From: Alphaproteobacteria bacterium
GTDB lineage: Bacteria; Pseudomonadota; Alphaproteobacteria; CALKHQ01
DNA: 64,000 bases
NCBI GenBank assembly: GCA_965227515.1
Contig: CBDDFZ010000002.1
Location: 704,001-768,000, forward strand
Reading direction: 5' to 3'
The notes beneath the pieces were generated by a model. It was not told the DNA's origin. It worked only from the letters and a program-made list of their open reading frames with translations, and did not search any database. The position numbers and the translations under genes were made by a program. How positions within the stretch are numbered: position 1 is the stretch's first letter; every line of letters starts with the position of its first letter. This document shows positions 49,631 to 59,387 of this stretch, piece after piece.

Positions 49631-51376
49631 TTACTTCTCATCGGCGTAGATCCACTCACGGAGCAGGGCGACCGATTCCTGCGGGTGGCGGTCAATGATC
49701 TCGTTGATCTGCTTGATCGAGGATTGGCGCACTTGGCCATCAATCCGCTCTATATCGATCATACTGTCAGACGCGACTTCTTTTTCGGGGGAACTGGGGA
49801 CGTTTCTGGCGTCGTCTTGGGCCGCGGGCGCGCCGGCGGTCGGCGTCGCAGTCATGGGCGTGCCGTTGGGACTGGCGACCGTCCGCCCGTCGGCCAGTAG
49901 CGCCTGCCCGGCGGCACCGCCGTCGGCCAGGGCGAGCTGGTCGGCGCCCGGGACGCCGACCGGTGCCAGGATCTTGCGCAGGGCCGGGCGGATCACCAGC
50001 AGCAGCGCCAGCAGGGCGACACCGCCGAGGATCGCAATCTCGATCAGCCGCGTAGCGTCGATGCCGAAGCCTTCCAGCAGGCCGACCTCGTCCACCCCGG
50101 CGCCGGCGGCCAGTTCCGCCATTGCCAGCCCGTCGGCGAACTGCAGGTTCTCGATCCGAAGCGAATCGCCGCGCGACTCGTCCAGTCCGACCGCGTTGCG
50201 CACCAACTCGGCGATGGAATTCAGTTCGGCGTCGGATCGCGGCGCATACTCGAAATTCACCACATCGTTGCCGTCGGCATCGGTGGTGACCAGCTCGTTG
50301 TAGGTGCCGTCGATGACCACGGCCACGGTCAGCTTCTCGATGGCGCCGGGCGCGCGGGTCACCTCGGTCTGGACTCGCGACAACTCGTTGCGAATCCGCT
50401 CCTCGGTGGTGACGTCATTGGTATAGCTCTGGGCGCCGTTGCCGCCCTGCGGCTCCGGGTTGGGCAGCTCGCGGACCACGGTCACCGCATCTTCGTTCTG
50501 GCCTTCCGTGCTCTCGCGCTGCCGCTCGATGATCTCGGTCTCGGCGGCCACGACGCGGGCCGGGTCGTAGGTGACGCTCGACTCGGTGACGATGTCGAAA
50601 TTCATCTGGGCGTTGACCTCGGCCTGCACCCGATGCATGCCGACGACCGAGCCGACCATCTCCTCGATCCGGCGCTCAAGCTCCTGCTCGAAATTGCCTT
50701 GCAACTGCGAGGTGGCGTCGGCGGTGTCGGTGCTCTCGCTGAGCAACCGGCCGGACTGGTCGACGATCGAGACCGCCTCGGCGCTTAGACCGACGACGGA
50801 CGCGGCGACAAGGTTCTGGATCGCGCGCACCATCTCGGTATCTATCCGGCGGGCGCTGCGGAAGGAGATCAGGACGGCGGCCGACGGCTCGGCACGGTCG
50901 CTCTCGAACGGGCGGGACTCGGGCAGAACCAGATGGACGCGGGCGTTCGCGACGGTGTCGATGGCGCGAATGGTGCGCGACAGCTCGCCTTCGATGGCGC
51001 GCTGGTGGTTGACGTTCTGCATGTGCGTGGTGGTGCCCAGCGCATCCATGCTGTCGTAAATCTCGTAGCCGATGGAGCCGCTGGAGGGCAGTCCGGACTG
51101 CGCCAGGTCGAGCCGTGCGCGGGCAACCTGGTCGGACGGCACCATGATGGTCGCGCCGTCCCCGCGTATCTCATAGGGCACGCCGCGCGACTCAAGCTCA
51201 CTGACGATCTGGGCGCTGTCACTGGATTCGAGCTGGCTGTAGAGCACCATCATCGACGGTTCGGTCAGCCTGCCCGCGATGATCGCAAACAGGACCAGAA
51301 GGCCGGCCGCCACGGCGCCCAGCGCGATGATGCGGCCGGGGCCCAAGGATTTGATAGTTGCGAGGAGACCGTTCAC
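49631..51376 (-). CDS. fliF: Flagellar MS-ring protein FliF
   Basis: GLPSSGSIGYE, RAIEGELSRTI, ARVHLVLPE, 2 TM helices, C-terminal LLREW; GTG start. Confidence 0.96.
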   Translation of the reverse strand: MNGLLATIKSLGPGRIIALGAVAAGLLVLFAIIAGRLTEPSMMVLYSQLESSDSAQIVSELESRGVPYEIRGDGATIMVPSDQVARARLDLAQSGLPSSGSIGYEIYDSMDALGTTTHMQNVNHQRAIEGELSRTIRAIDTVANARVHLVLPESRPFESDRAEPSAAVLISFRSARRIDTEMVRAIQNLVAASVVGLSAEAVSIVDQSGRLLSESTDTADATSQLQGNFEQELERRIEEMVGSVVGMHRVQAEVNAQMNFDIVTESSVTYDPARVVAAETEIIERQRESTEGQNEDAVTVVRELPNPEPQGGNGAQSYTNDVTTEERIRNELSRVQTEVTRAPGAIEKLTVAVVIDGTYNELVTTDADGNDVVNFEYAPRSDAELNSIAELVRNAVGLDESRGDSLRIENLQFADGLAMAELAAGAGVDEVGLLEGFGIDATRLIEIAILGGVALLALLLVIRPALRKILAPVGVPGADQLALADGGAAGQALLADGRTVASPNGTPMTATPTAGAPAAQDDARNVPSSPEKEVASDSMIDIERIDGQVRQSSIKQINEIIDRHPQESVALLREWIYADEK

Positions 51377-51476
51377 GCTGCCCTTTCCGGCCGGCAACCG
51401 GCGAGCGCACATGGGTGCGCCGCAGCCGACCTGGGGCGGAACCTAGGAGGCGTGTGGTGAACATGACGTTAAGCGC

Positions 51477-51546
51477 CGGCAATAATTGCCCACTGCTAGG
51501 CAATATTTATCCAATCATTTTTACCGTGGTCTTAAGTATTTGTTAG
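51477..51546 (-). promoter_or_regulatory. fliF promoter: ftr (FlbD) site plus tandem CtrA-like boxes
   Basis: CGGCAATAATTGCCC (51477-51491); TTAC-N7-TTAA-N7-TTAG (51521-51546). Confidence 0.7.
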
Positions 51547-51645
51547 GGATGCCGCACGGCAACGGGGCGCCATGACTGGCATGCCGCCCCACGCGTAATC
51601 TGGGGATCCGGAATTCGGCGGCCCGTGCTGGGCCGTATTGGCTTG

Positions 51646-51933
51646 TTAGACGCGCTCTTCGTGGGCGCGATAGTCCTGCAGTCTCGTCGTGCGTAAGCCG
51701 CGCAGTCCGTGACGTTCGATCAGTCGTTGCCAGGACAGGAACTCCTCGACCGACAGCTTGTATCGGGCGCAGGCGTCTTCCAGGCTGATCAAGCCGGATC
51801 GAACCCCGGCAACGACTTCGGCTTTGCGGCGGATGACCCAGCGCTTGGTCTTGGGCGAGGGCAGTTCGTCGATGCTGCGTGGCACCATAACTCCGTCCAA
51901 GAGCGGATCATCGAAGGTCTGTCGTGCGTCCAT
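51646..51933 (-). CDS. sciP: Small CtrA inhibitory protein (DUF1153)
   Basis: LP...TKRWVIRRKAEVV..V..GLISL..AC.RY.LSVEEF.SWQ......GL.GLRTTR.Q.YR. Confidence 0.95.
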   Translation of the reverse strand: MDARQTFDDPLLDGVMVPRSIDELPSPKTKRWVIRRKAEVVAGVRSGLISLEDACARYKLSVEEFLSWQRLIERHGLRGLRTTRLQDYRAHEERV

Positions 51934-52122
51934 GTCTAGTCCTGATGCTGGCTACAACTACCTGTTGATGCTCCCGGGAGCATAGCCGGCCCGACCTAAA
52001 GAAACCGCTAATGCGTGTCCCCATTGCCGGGCCCGGCGTCAGCCAAACAGTGGACGCGAAGTCCAAATGCGAACCGATGCCTTCGGTTATAGTTTATGAA
52101 AGGTTATTCTTTTTGCCGATGA

Positions 52123-53493
52123 CTATCGTTTCAGCCTGATCAGTTCCTCCAGCATTTGGTCGCCCGTGGTAACGATGCGGGCCGATGCGGAATAGGCACG
52201 TTGTGTGACGATCATATTGGTGAACTCGGTGGCCAGGTCCGCGTTGGAAGCCTCCAGGGAGGCCGATGCCACCTTGCCTGCACCGGCTGTGTTGGCCTGC
52301 AACAGCAGGTGCTCGCCGGAAAAGGCGGACTCCGCGAAGGCATTGCCGGAACGCGCCTCCAACCCGTTCGGGCTGTTGAAGATAGCGATCGGCAACTGGT
52401 AGATCTTCTTCAGGCTGCCATTGTCGAAGAAGGCGGTGACGATGCCGTCGCCATCGATCTGCACACCGGCAAAGGAACCGAACGGCAGGCCGTTCTGATC
52501 GAGCGCCTTGGGCGTGTACGGGCCGTCGAGGAACGTCATGCCGGTCGCCTCGCCATAAGTGCCGAGGTTCAGCGTGATTTCGTTGGTGGTGGCGGCACCC
52601 AGTTCGCCGCCGGAGCCGGTGAAGTTGAACTGCTCGGGTGCTGCCGGCGAGAAGTCCAGCGTGATGTTGACGGCACCGGTGCCGCCGGTCAGCGTGCCAT
52701 CGTTGGCGAAATCGATGGTGGCGAGGGTCATGTAGTTGGTGGCCGACAGTGCGGCGGCGGCACCGCCCGAGCCCGTGTCCGGGTCATACGTGCCGGACGA
52801 GGCGCCGTCCGCGCCACGGGTCAGGCCGCTCAGGCGCACTTCCCACTGGTCATTGCCGGCGACGACGCCGTTGTAGTGCCAAGTGAATTCGGCGTCGTGG
52901 GCCACACCAAGGCTGTCGTAGATCAGCACATTGGTGTTGTAGGTATCTCCGGCGGTGGAAACGGCCGGCAGATTGGCAGCCACCGACATTGAGGTGGTGC
53001 GCTCGGCCAGCGTCGATAGATTGGCGACATTGACGGTCTCCAGGGCACTGATCGAGCTGGTATTGGTGGGCAGTTGTTCGTTTGCGTCCAGCGGCCACCC
53101 CTGCAGATAGAAGCCACCGGTGTTCACGAAGTAGCCGTCCTTATCGATGTTGAACGAGCCGGCGCGGGTGAACAGATACTCGTTGCCCAGCGCGGGACTC
53201 GGCGACTCGTTGACCACGAAGAAGCCTGCTCCGTCGATGGCAATGTCGGTGGACGACGCGGATGACTGCAAGAGCCCTTGACTGTTAATATTATAGAGTG
53301 GCAATGACAGCACGCCGCCAGGGGAATGCGAGGATTGCGAGGAATTCTGCGTCACCAGCGAGGAAAATTTCGACTGAACGGCCTTGTAGCCGATGGTGCC
53401 GACGTTCGAAATGTTGTCGGCAATGATGCCAAGGGCTTGGCTTTGCGCGTTAAGCGACGAAACGCCGGAGGTCAGAGCGCCGAACAGGGACAT
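52123..53493 (-). CDS. flgE: Flagellar hook protein FlgE
   Basis: IADNISNVGTIGYK, TDIAIDGAGFF, TRAGSF, LEASNADLATEFTNMIVTQRAY. Confidence 0.96.
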   Translation of the reverse strand: MSLFGALTSGVSSLNAQSQALGIIADNISNVGTIGYKAVQSKFSSLVTQNSSQSSHSPGGVLSLPLYNINSQGLLQSSASSTDIAIDGAGFFVVNESPSPALGNEYLFTRAGSFNIDKDGYFVNTGGFYLQGWPLDANEQLPTNTSSISALETVNVANLSTLAERTTSMSVAANLPAVSTAGDTYNTNVLIYDSLGVAHDAEFTWHYNGVVAGNDQWEVRLSGLTRGADGASSGTYDPDTGSGGAAAALSATNYMTLATIDFANDGTLTGGTGAVNITLDFSPAAPEQFNFTGSGGELGAATTNEITLNLGTYGEATGMTFLDGPYTPKALDQNGLPFGSFAGVQIDGDGIVTAFFDNGSLKKIYQLPIAIFNSPNGLEARSGNAFAESAFSGEHLLLQANTAGAGKVASASLEASNADLATEFTNMIVTQRAYSASARIVTTGDQMLEELIRLKR

Positions 53494-53559
53494 GTTGCAT
53501 CTCCTTGGAATACCGAACCGTGGGGTTCGAAACCGCCGCGCCAGGCGGCATCAGTGTGA

Positions 53560-54249
53560 TCAGGCGGCCGGTTGACCGTCGTTGTCGATGGTGGGTTGGC
53601 GCACCGCCGTGATGTTGGTCAGGGGCACGGGCACGTCGCCAACCATGACCACCGGCTGGCCGTCGCGGGTTTCGACCCCGGACACGGTACCGACCATGCC
53701 GGTCGACGCCTGGATCGGGTTGCCCACGTCGTCGGCTGCCGCCACCTCGAACGAGTAGGTGCCCTCCGGATAGGTCTGGCCATTGGTGCCGACGCCGTCC
53801 CAGACGATCTGGTGGCTGCCCGCCGTTGTCGGGCCGGTGCCGGTGAAGACGATCGCGCCGTTGGCGTCGCGGATGTTGAATGACGTACTGGTGGCGTCCT
53901 GCGGCAGCGAATAGCTGAACTGGGCATAGCCGTCGATCAGCGGCGAGCTGTTGCCGATCGCCTCGATCTCGCGGCCGATGAAGTTCAGGGCCGACAGCAC
54001 CTGGTTGCTGCTCTCGGCGGCCAGGAGCTGGTCCAGTGTCGTGTTGGTCTGGATCGCCTGTTCCACACTCGCGAACTGCACGAGCTGGGTGGTGAATTCG
54101 GTCGCCTCCATCGGCGACAGCGGATCCTGGTTCTGCAACTGCTGGGTCAGCAGGGTCAGGAAGCTGTCGAAGTCGGATGTCAGCTTGCCGAGCGCATTGC
54201 TCTGGCTGCCGCCGGCGGCGCTGGCGCCCGATGCCGCTGCTACGTCCAT
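53560..54249 (-). CDS. flgD: Flagellar hook capping protein FlgD
   Basis: FLTLLTQQLQNQDPLSPM...QLVQFASVEQ, WDG. Confidence 0.96.
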   Translation of the reverse strand: MDVAAASGASAAGGSQSNALGKLTSDFDSFLTLLTQQLQNQDPLSPMEATEFTTQLVQFASVEQAIQTNTTLDQLLAAESSNQVLSALNFIGREIEAIGNSSPLIDGYAQFSYSLPQDATSTSFNIRDANGAIVFTGTGPTTAGSHQIVWDGVGTNGQTYPEGTYSFEVAAADDVGNPIQASTGMVGTVSGVETRDGQPVVMVGDVPVPLTNITAVRQPTIDNDGQPAA

Positions 54250-54330
54250 GGGTGGTTCACCTTGTTGTCGGCGCGTGCGGACGCCTGGTCCTGTTCGGTC
54301 ACTACGCGGTAGGTCAGTTGCGTCGGCCGA

Positions 54331-56019
54331 TCAGACATAGACGTCCACCACGGTTCGGCCGTCCGCGGTCCGGCCGCCGCGCAGCCATGCCTCGTCACCG
54401 GCAATCTCAAGCTCGGTCTCGATCTCGTCGTCATCCGGCCCCTGGCGACCCGGGCCGTCATTGCCGGCGTTGTTCAGCTGGTCGTGGGTGGCCGCTTCCT
54501 GGTCTTTCAAGCCGAAATTCAGGCTGCCCGAATCTGTGCTGACGCCGGCATCCCGCAGTGCCTGCTCCAGGTCGCGGGCCGAGCGCTGCAATTGGTCCAG
54601 CGTTTCCGGCTTCTCGACAGACAGCACCGCGGTCAGCTTGCCGTCCGACGCCATGTCCAACTGAACGTCGATGCGGCCCATGGAGCTGGGGTTCAGGCGC
54701 AGCGTCATGCGGTCGGCGCCGGTCTCCGCAACCCGGGCGATGGTGACGCCGATGCGCTGAGCCACTGTCTGGGCATGGGGCTGCGGCGCGGCGCGGGATG
54801 CGGTGGCGGCCTGGGTCTTGGCCGCGGTGGCATCGCCCCCGTTGGTGACCGAATTGGTGGCGGTGAACTGCGTCGTCGGATCGGCCGGCGTGGCAGGGCG
54901 CGCATCGGCGGCAACCGGCGCTGCCTGGTGCAGCCCGCGCTCCGCCGCCTGCGCCAATGCCTGCCGCGCGAAGTGCAGACGCTCGAACGGCGCGTCGCCG
55001 GCTTGCGCGGTCTTGCTGTCCAGGGCAGCGGCGGCCGCGCGGCGCTTGGCCGTGGCGGGGCCGTTGCGGCCATCGGCGGCGGCCGACTGGTTGGCGTTGG
55101 CCTGGGCGGCATTCGCCGCTGCGACGGCGGCATCGCCGGTGCCGGCCGTCGCGGTCGCGCTGGCGGAAACGGCTGTCGCATTGACCGCAGGCTTGGCTGT
55201 CGGCTGTGCGGTGGTGGCGATTGCCTCGTCCGGTGCCGCGGCTTGTTGAGCGGCCGCCGACGCACCGGGCTTGCCGGCGTGGGCGGCGGCATTCGCGGTT
55301 GCCGCTGCTGGCGCGGCGACCCCGGTCGGCGACGCGGCGCTGGCGGTGGTGCCGACACCGGTTGCGGGTTCCACGGTGTTCTTTCCGGCGATGCCTGGTC
55401 CGTTCGTGACAGGCGTCACGGACGGGTCGGTGCCAAAGGGCGTTACCGGTCCGGTAGGCGTCGCAACCGAGCCCGGCACCACGGGCCGCGCATCGCCAGG
55501 CACATTCGTCTGGTTTGGGGTGGTGGCAGCCTTGCCATCCGGATTGGCAGCCAGCATGGCCATCGCCAGCACGTCGAATGTGGTCTCGGTGCCGGCGTCA
55601 TCAACCTCAGCGGCCTCGTTATTGGTGGCCTCGGTATTGGCGGCCTCGCCGCTGGCGCGCGTCGCGGGATCGGCCGCGTCTTCACCGGCCGTGGCCTCCT
55701 CGCCGCCATTGCGGGACCCATTGTTCCGGCTGTCGGCCGGCTGGCCGTCGGCGGCGGCGGTGTCCTCGGCCGCCTCGCTCGAGGCAGCGCGATCGTTGGC
55801 GCTATCGTGCCCGCCGTTGTCGCGATCCGACCGGGTGTCCCGGCTGGAGTGACGCTCCGCCCTGTCGGTATCGGCCGGGCGGTCGCGCTCGACCTCCGGG
55901 CGGGCCGGGGCCAGGTCGCGCAGTACGTCGTCGAATCCGCCGGCGCGCGAAGAGATGGCGGTGCCGTTGCTGGACGGCACCGGGGGGGCTATGGCATCTG
56001 CAGCGTGAGCAACGTGCAT
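54331..56019 (-). CDS. fliK: Flagellar hook-length control protein FliK
   Basis: Low-complexity body; C-terminal LRLNPSSMGRIDVQL...LEQALRDAG...LNF; upstream of flgD-flgE. Confidence 0.9.
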   Translation of the reverse strand: MHVAHAADAIAPPVPSSNGTAISSRAGGFDDVLRDLAPARPEVERDRPADTDRAERHSSRDTRSDRDNGGHDSANDRAASSEAAEDTAAADGQPADSRNNGSRNGGEEATAGEDAADPATRASGEAANTEATNNEAAEVDDAGTETTFDVLAMAMLAANPDGKAATTPNQTNVPGDARPVVPGSVATPTGPVTPFGTDPSVTPVTNGPGIAGKNTVEPATGVGTTASAASPTGVAAPAAATANAAAHAGKPGASAAAQQAAAPDEAIATTAQPTAKPAVNATAVSASATATAGTGDAAVAAANAAQANANQSAAADGRNGPATAKRRAAAAALDSKTAQAGDAPFERLHFARQALAQAAERGLHQAAPVAADARPATPADPTTQFTATNSVTNGGDATAAKTQAATASRAAPQPHAQTVAQRIGVTIARVAETGADRMTLRLNPSSMGRIDVQLDMASDGKLTAVLSVEKPETLDQLQRSARDLEQALRDAGVSTDSGSLNFGLKDQEAATHDQLNNAGNDGPGRQGPDDDEIETELEIAGDEAWLRGGRTADGRTVVDVYV

Positions 56020-56056
56020 GTTGTGTTGGCTCCTGCGAACGTTACGCTGACTGATC

Positions 56057-56180
56057 AGCAAGAGCCGGGCCACGGCGGCCGCTCATATAACATATTGAAA
56101 AACAACGATTGTTTGGTGCGGCGTAGACGGCATGCCACTGCTGGGGCGTGCCAATTTGCCGGGGGCGGCAACACTTGCCG
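56057..56180 (-). promoter_or_regulatory. Sigma54 promoter, IHF-like site and ftr enhancer for fliK-flgD-flgE
   Basis: TGGCCCGGCTCTTGCT (56072-56057); TTTCAATATGTTA (IHF-like); CGGCAACACTTGCCG (56166-56180). Confidence 0.82.
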
Positions 56181-56342
56181 GGTCATATTGGCCATCGGGC
56201 AACAGGTGCACCGTTGGCAGCCAGGCGCGGCGGCGGTGCATGCCGCCAGCCGTGATCGTGCGCCTGGAACGACAACACCCCGCGCCGATGCCGGCACGGG
56301 GTGTCGCGAACGCAGGGCCGTCGCCGGCCGGGTGGGCGCGGT

Positions 56343-56822
56343 TCAGGCCATCAGCTGGGTGTTGAGGCCCGCAGCCGCGGTGGTGTCGGTGCCCGGAGCC
56401 GAAGCCGGCGCGGAGGTCGCCGGCGTTGCCCCCGGTGCCGAGCTGACGGCAGCCTGGTTCGGGTTTTCGAGCAGTCCGGTCGCGATGGTGCGGTTGATGT
56501 CGATCAGCACCTGCAACTCGTCGGGCTTCACCCGCGGCATGGCCGCGATGGTCTGGCGGTCGACGAAGCGGGAGAGCTGCAGCATGTTGCGCTTGATCTC
56601 CAGCGGCAGCGGGTTGGACTCCTCGCTGATGTCCGCCTGGAAAATCGTCCACAACCGCCAGTTCAATCGCAATGCGGCGCGGTAGACCTCGCGATCGGCG
56701 TCGGTGGACTTCACGTCTTCCAGCCGCCGTGCCGCCTCCATCAGGGCACGACCCTCGGTCTCGCGGGGCGTGCGCGCCAGCTTCTGGCTGGACTGGTAGG
56801 CGTTATGACTGAGGCTGGGCAT
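56343..56822 (-). CDS. flaF: Flagellar biosynthesis regulator FlaF
   Basis: PRETEGRAL, NWRLWTIFQ, NPLPLEIK, LIDINRTIA.GL. Confidence 0.93.
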   Translation of the reverse strand: MPSLSHNAYQSSQKLARTPRETEGRALMEAARRLEDVKSTDADREVYRAALRLNWRLWTIFQADISEESNPLPLEIKRNMLQLSRFVDRQTIAAMPRVKPDELQVLIDINRTIATGLLENPNQAAVSSAPGATPATSAPASAPGTDTTAAAGLNTQLMA

Positions 56823-57201
56823 TGGTCAGAACCTCGCTCTCGTACTTGATCAATTCGCGGCACTTCTTCAGCGCCGCGTAGCTGTTGCCCTCGATTACCT
56901 TCTGACCGATCTCCATCAGCAGGGGCAGGGCACTTGGCACAGCCACACCGAACTCTTGCAAGAGTCTATTAATGTTCTCTTGATGCCGGTGCTCGTGCTC
57001 CGGAAACAGGTGGAGCAACTGAACGACAAAGTAGATGCAGCGACCCGGCGTATCGGCTTGCGATTCGGTGACGATATCCTTCTCGCGCAGGATGTTGGCC
57101 CGATTTTGCAGCACCAGTTGGGACCGGTCGCCACTGTTCACGACGACCGCCCCGTTGATGATGATCTTTTCGCCGGGCTTCAGCGAAAGTTTCAGTGCCA
57201 T
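56803..57201 (-). CDS. flbT: Flagellin translational regulator FlbT
   Basis: MALKLSLKPGEKIIINGAVV.N...ILREKDI...ADTP, YAALKKCRELIKYE. Confidence 0.95.
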   Translation of the reverse strand: MALKLSLKPGEKIIINGAVVVNSGDRSQLVLQNRANILREKDIVTESQADTPGRCIYFVVQLLHLFPEHEHRHQENINRLLQEFGVAVPSALPLLMEIGQKVIEGNSYAALKKCRELIKYESEVLTNAQPQS

Positions 57202-57260
57202 TGCTGGAACTCCTCGTGCGCTTTCTGCAACAGACTTCGGTCAACCGCTCAGGTCGGCGC

Positions 57261-58088
57261 TTAGCCGCCGAACAGGCTGAGGACCGAACGCTCGTTCTGG
57301 GCCGCCAGCGACAGGGAGTTGATCGCGAGCTGCTGGCGGGTCTGCAGGGCCAGAAGGTTGGCGCTCTCGCCGTTCATGTCGGCCAGGGTCAGCTTGCCGG
57401 CACCGCCTTCCAGGGTAGAGACTAGCGAGCTGGTAAAGCTTAGGCGAGCTTGCAGCACGGTGTTGTTGGAGCCCAAGGCTGCGGAGTTGGTGCGCAATTC
57501 CGTCAGCGCGCTGTTCAACTGGCCGAGCGCTGCATTGATCGCGCCGTCCGAGGACCAGTTGCCGATGGCGGTCGCCACGGACAGGCCGCCGACGCTGGTG
57601 GTCGACTTGACATGAGAGATGGTCAGTTTCGACGAGCCGTCCTCGTTGAAGTCGATCTCCAACTGGTCAGTGCCCGCGTCGATCAGGTTGACACCGTTGT
57701 AGGACGTGTCGCCGGCCAGCGTGTCGATCTGGGTCAGCAGGTCGTCGAACTGCGCCGCCAGGCCGGAGCGCTCCGAGGCGCTGCCCGAGGACTTCGCCTT
57801 GGTGGCCAGGCCCTTGGCCTGCTCGATCAGCGAGGTGATCGACTCCAGGCCGTCGATCGCAGCCTGGATGGTGCTGATCGACTGGTCGATGTTTTCTTTC
57901 AGGCGGGTCAGGTCGGACGCCCGCTCGGTCAGCGCGCGGGCCTGGAAGAAAGCACTGGCGTCGTCCAGAGCCGAGTTCACTTTCAGGCCGGTGGCCAGAC
58001 GCTGCTGGGTCTTGTCGATCAGGGCGTTGGTCCCCTGCAAGGTCAGCAGGTTGGATCGGACCGTCTGCGAGAGTGCGATTTTGTCCAT
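57261..58088 (-). CDS. Flagellin (short, 275 aa)
   Basis: QRLATGLKVNSALD, YNGVNL, ADMNGESANLLALQTRQQL; AGGA SD. Confidence 0.96.
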   Translation of the reverse strand: MDKIALSQTVRSNLLTLQGTNALIDKTQQRLATGLKVNSALDDASAFFQARALTERASDLTRLKENIDQSISTIQAAIDGLESITSLIEQAKGLATKAKSSGSASERSGLAAQFDDLLTQIDTLAGDTSYNGVNLIDAGTDQLEIDFNEDGSSKLTISHVKSTTSVGGLSVATAIGNWSSDGAINAALGQLNSALTELRTNSAALGSNNTVLQARLSFTSSLVSTLEGGAGKLTLADMNGESANLLALQTRQQLAINSLSLAAQNERSVLSLFGG

Positions 58089-58220
58089 TCTATCCTCCGG
58101 CTGTTGCTGCGGGACCGGCAACCAGCCGAGACGCGCACCAAACCAGCTTTCTGCTCCGGTTGGTCGCCAACCGGACGATAATGTCGCGACTTATGTCGAG
58201 ATCGATACGGTAGGGTTAAT

Positions 58221-58414
58221 GGCAAGCCACGTGCCAAGACGTGCCAGCCATGCCCAGGGGTGCGGGCTGGTTCAAAATTATATTGTATTTGCAATAAGTT
58301 GAATGGGTCATCCCGATGCCCGGCCGGGACGGAAAGAATTTTTTTGCCATGTTCGGGTCGGCAATGTTAACGCCTAACGCGGCAAGAGCTGCCGGGTTAC
58401 GGCAAGACCTGCCG
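58221..58414 (-). promoter_or_regulatory. Sigma54 promoter, AT tract and paired ftr sites for the downstream flagellin
   Basis: TGGCACGTGGCTTGCC (58236-58221); ATATTGTATTT (58280-58290); CGGCAAGAGCTGCCG (58380-58394); CGGCAAGACCTGCCG (58400-58414). Confidence 0.85.
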
Positions 58415-58460
58415 ACGGGGTGAAAAGCGCTTCGGCAGCGCTTTGGCAGCCTGCTAGGAC

Positions 58461-58492
58461 AAAAAAAAGTGGCGGGGGAAATCCCCGCCACT
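58461..58492 (-). terminator. Rho-independent terminator after the upstream flagellin
   Basis: Minus strand: AGTGGCGGGG-loop-CCCCGCCAC followed by T8. Confidence 0.88.
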
Positions 58493-58562
58493 CGCGTTCG
58501 TAATGTCGCTTGGGGCGTTGGGCGGTCGCGTCCTGCGACCACCCACGCCGGACGTATGCGAC

Positions 58563-59387
58563 TTAGCCGAACAGTCCCAGCACCGACCGCTCGCTCTGCG
58601 CGGCCAGCGCCAAGGCGTTGGTCGAGAGCTGCTGCCGGGTCTGCAGCGCCAGAAGGTTGGCGCTTTCGGTGTTCAGGTCGGCCAACGTCAGCTTGCTGGC
58701 GCCAGACTCCAGTGTGTTGACCAGGCTCTCGGTGAAGTCGAGCCGTGCCTGCAACACGGTGTTGTTGGAGCCGAGGGTCGCGGCGTTGGTCCGCAGCTCG
58801 GTCAGGGCCGAATTGATCTCGGTCAACGCGGTGTTGATGTTGCCATCGGACGCGAAGTTACCCGCGGCCGCCGCAATCGAAAGACCACCGACGCTGGTGG
58901 TCGACTTCAGCGAGGCAATTGTCAGCTTGGAGCTGCCGTCCTCATTGAAGTTGATCTCCAGCTGAGCCGAGCTGGTGCTGATCAAGTTGGTGCCGTTGTA
59001 GCTTGCGTCACCAGCCAGATCGTTGATCTGGGTCAGGAGGTCGTCAAACTGCGCGGCAAGGCTTGAACGCTCGGAGGTACTGCCCGAGGATTTGGCCTTG
59101 GTGGCCAGGCCTTTGGCCTGCTCGACCAAGTCTGTAATTGACTCAATACCATCAATAGCAGCCGTAATAGTGGATACACCCTGCTCGATATCAGACTTGA
59201 GGGAGTCGAGGTCGCTGGCGCGATTGTTGAGAGCTGAGGACTGGAAGAACGCCGAAGCGTCGTCCAGTGCCGACGACACCTTCAGGCCGGTGGCCAAACG
59301 GTTCTGCGTCGCATTGATGAGGTCGGTGGTCCGGCTGAGGGTCAGCAGGTTTGCGCGCACCGGCGCCGAAAGATTGACTTGAGTCAT
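58563..59387 (-). CDS. Flagellin (short, 274 aa)
   Basis: NRLATGLKVSSALD, YNGTNL, ADLNTESANLLALQTRQQL; GGGAGA SD. Confidence 0.96.
   Translation of the reverse strand: MTQVNLSAPVRANLLTLSRTTDLINATQNRLATGLKVSSALDDASAFFQSSALNNRASDLDSLKSDIEQGVSTITAAIDGIESITDLVEQAKGLATKAKSSGSTSERSSLAAQFDDLLTQINDLAGDASYNGTNLISTSSAQLEINFNEDGSSKLTIASLKSTTSVGGLSIAAAAGNFASDGNINTALTEINSALTELRTNAATLGSNNTVLQARLDFTESLVNTLESGASKLTLADLNTESANLLALQTRQQLSTNALALAAQSERSVLGLFG

Noticed and set aside
56137-56154. Second sigma54-like motif TGGCACGCCCCAGCA upstream of fliK
   Set aside because: GG-to-GC spacing is 9 rather than 10; the site at 56057-56072 fits exactly.
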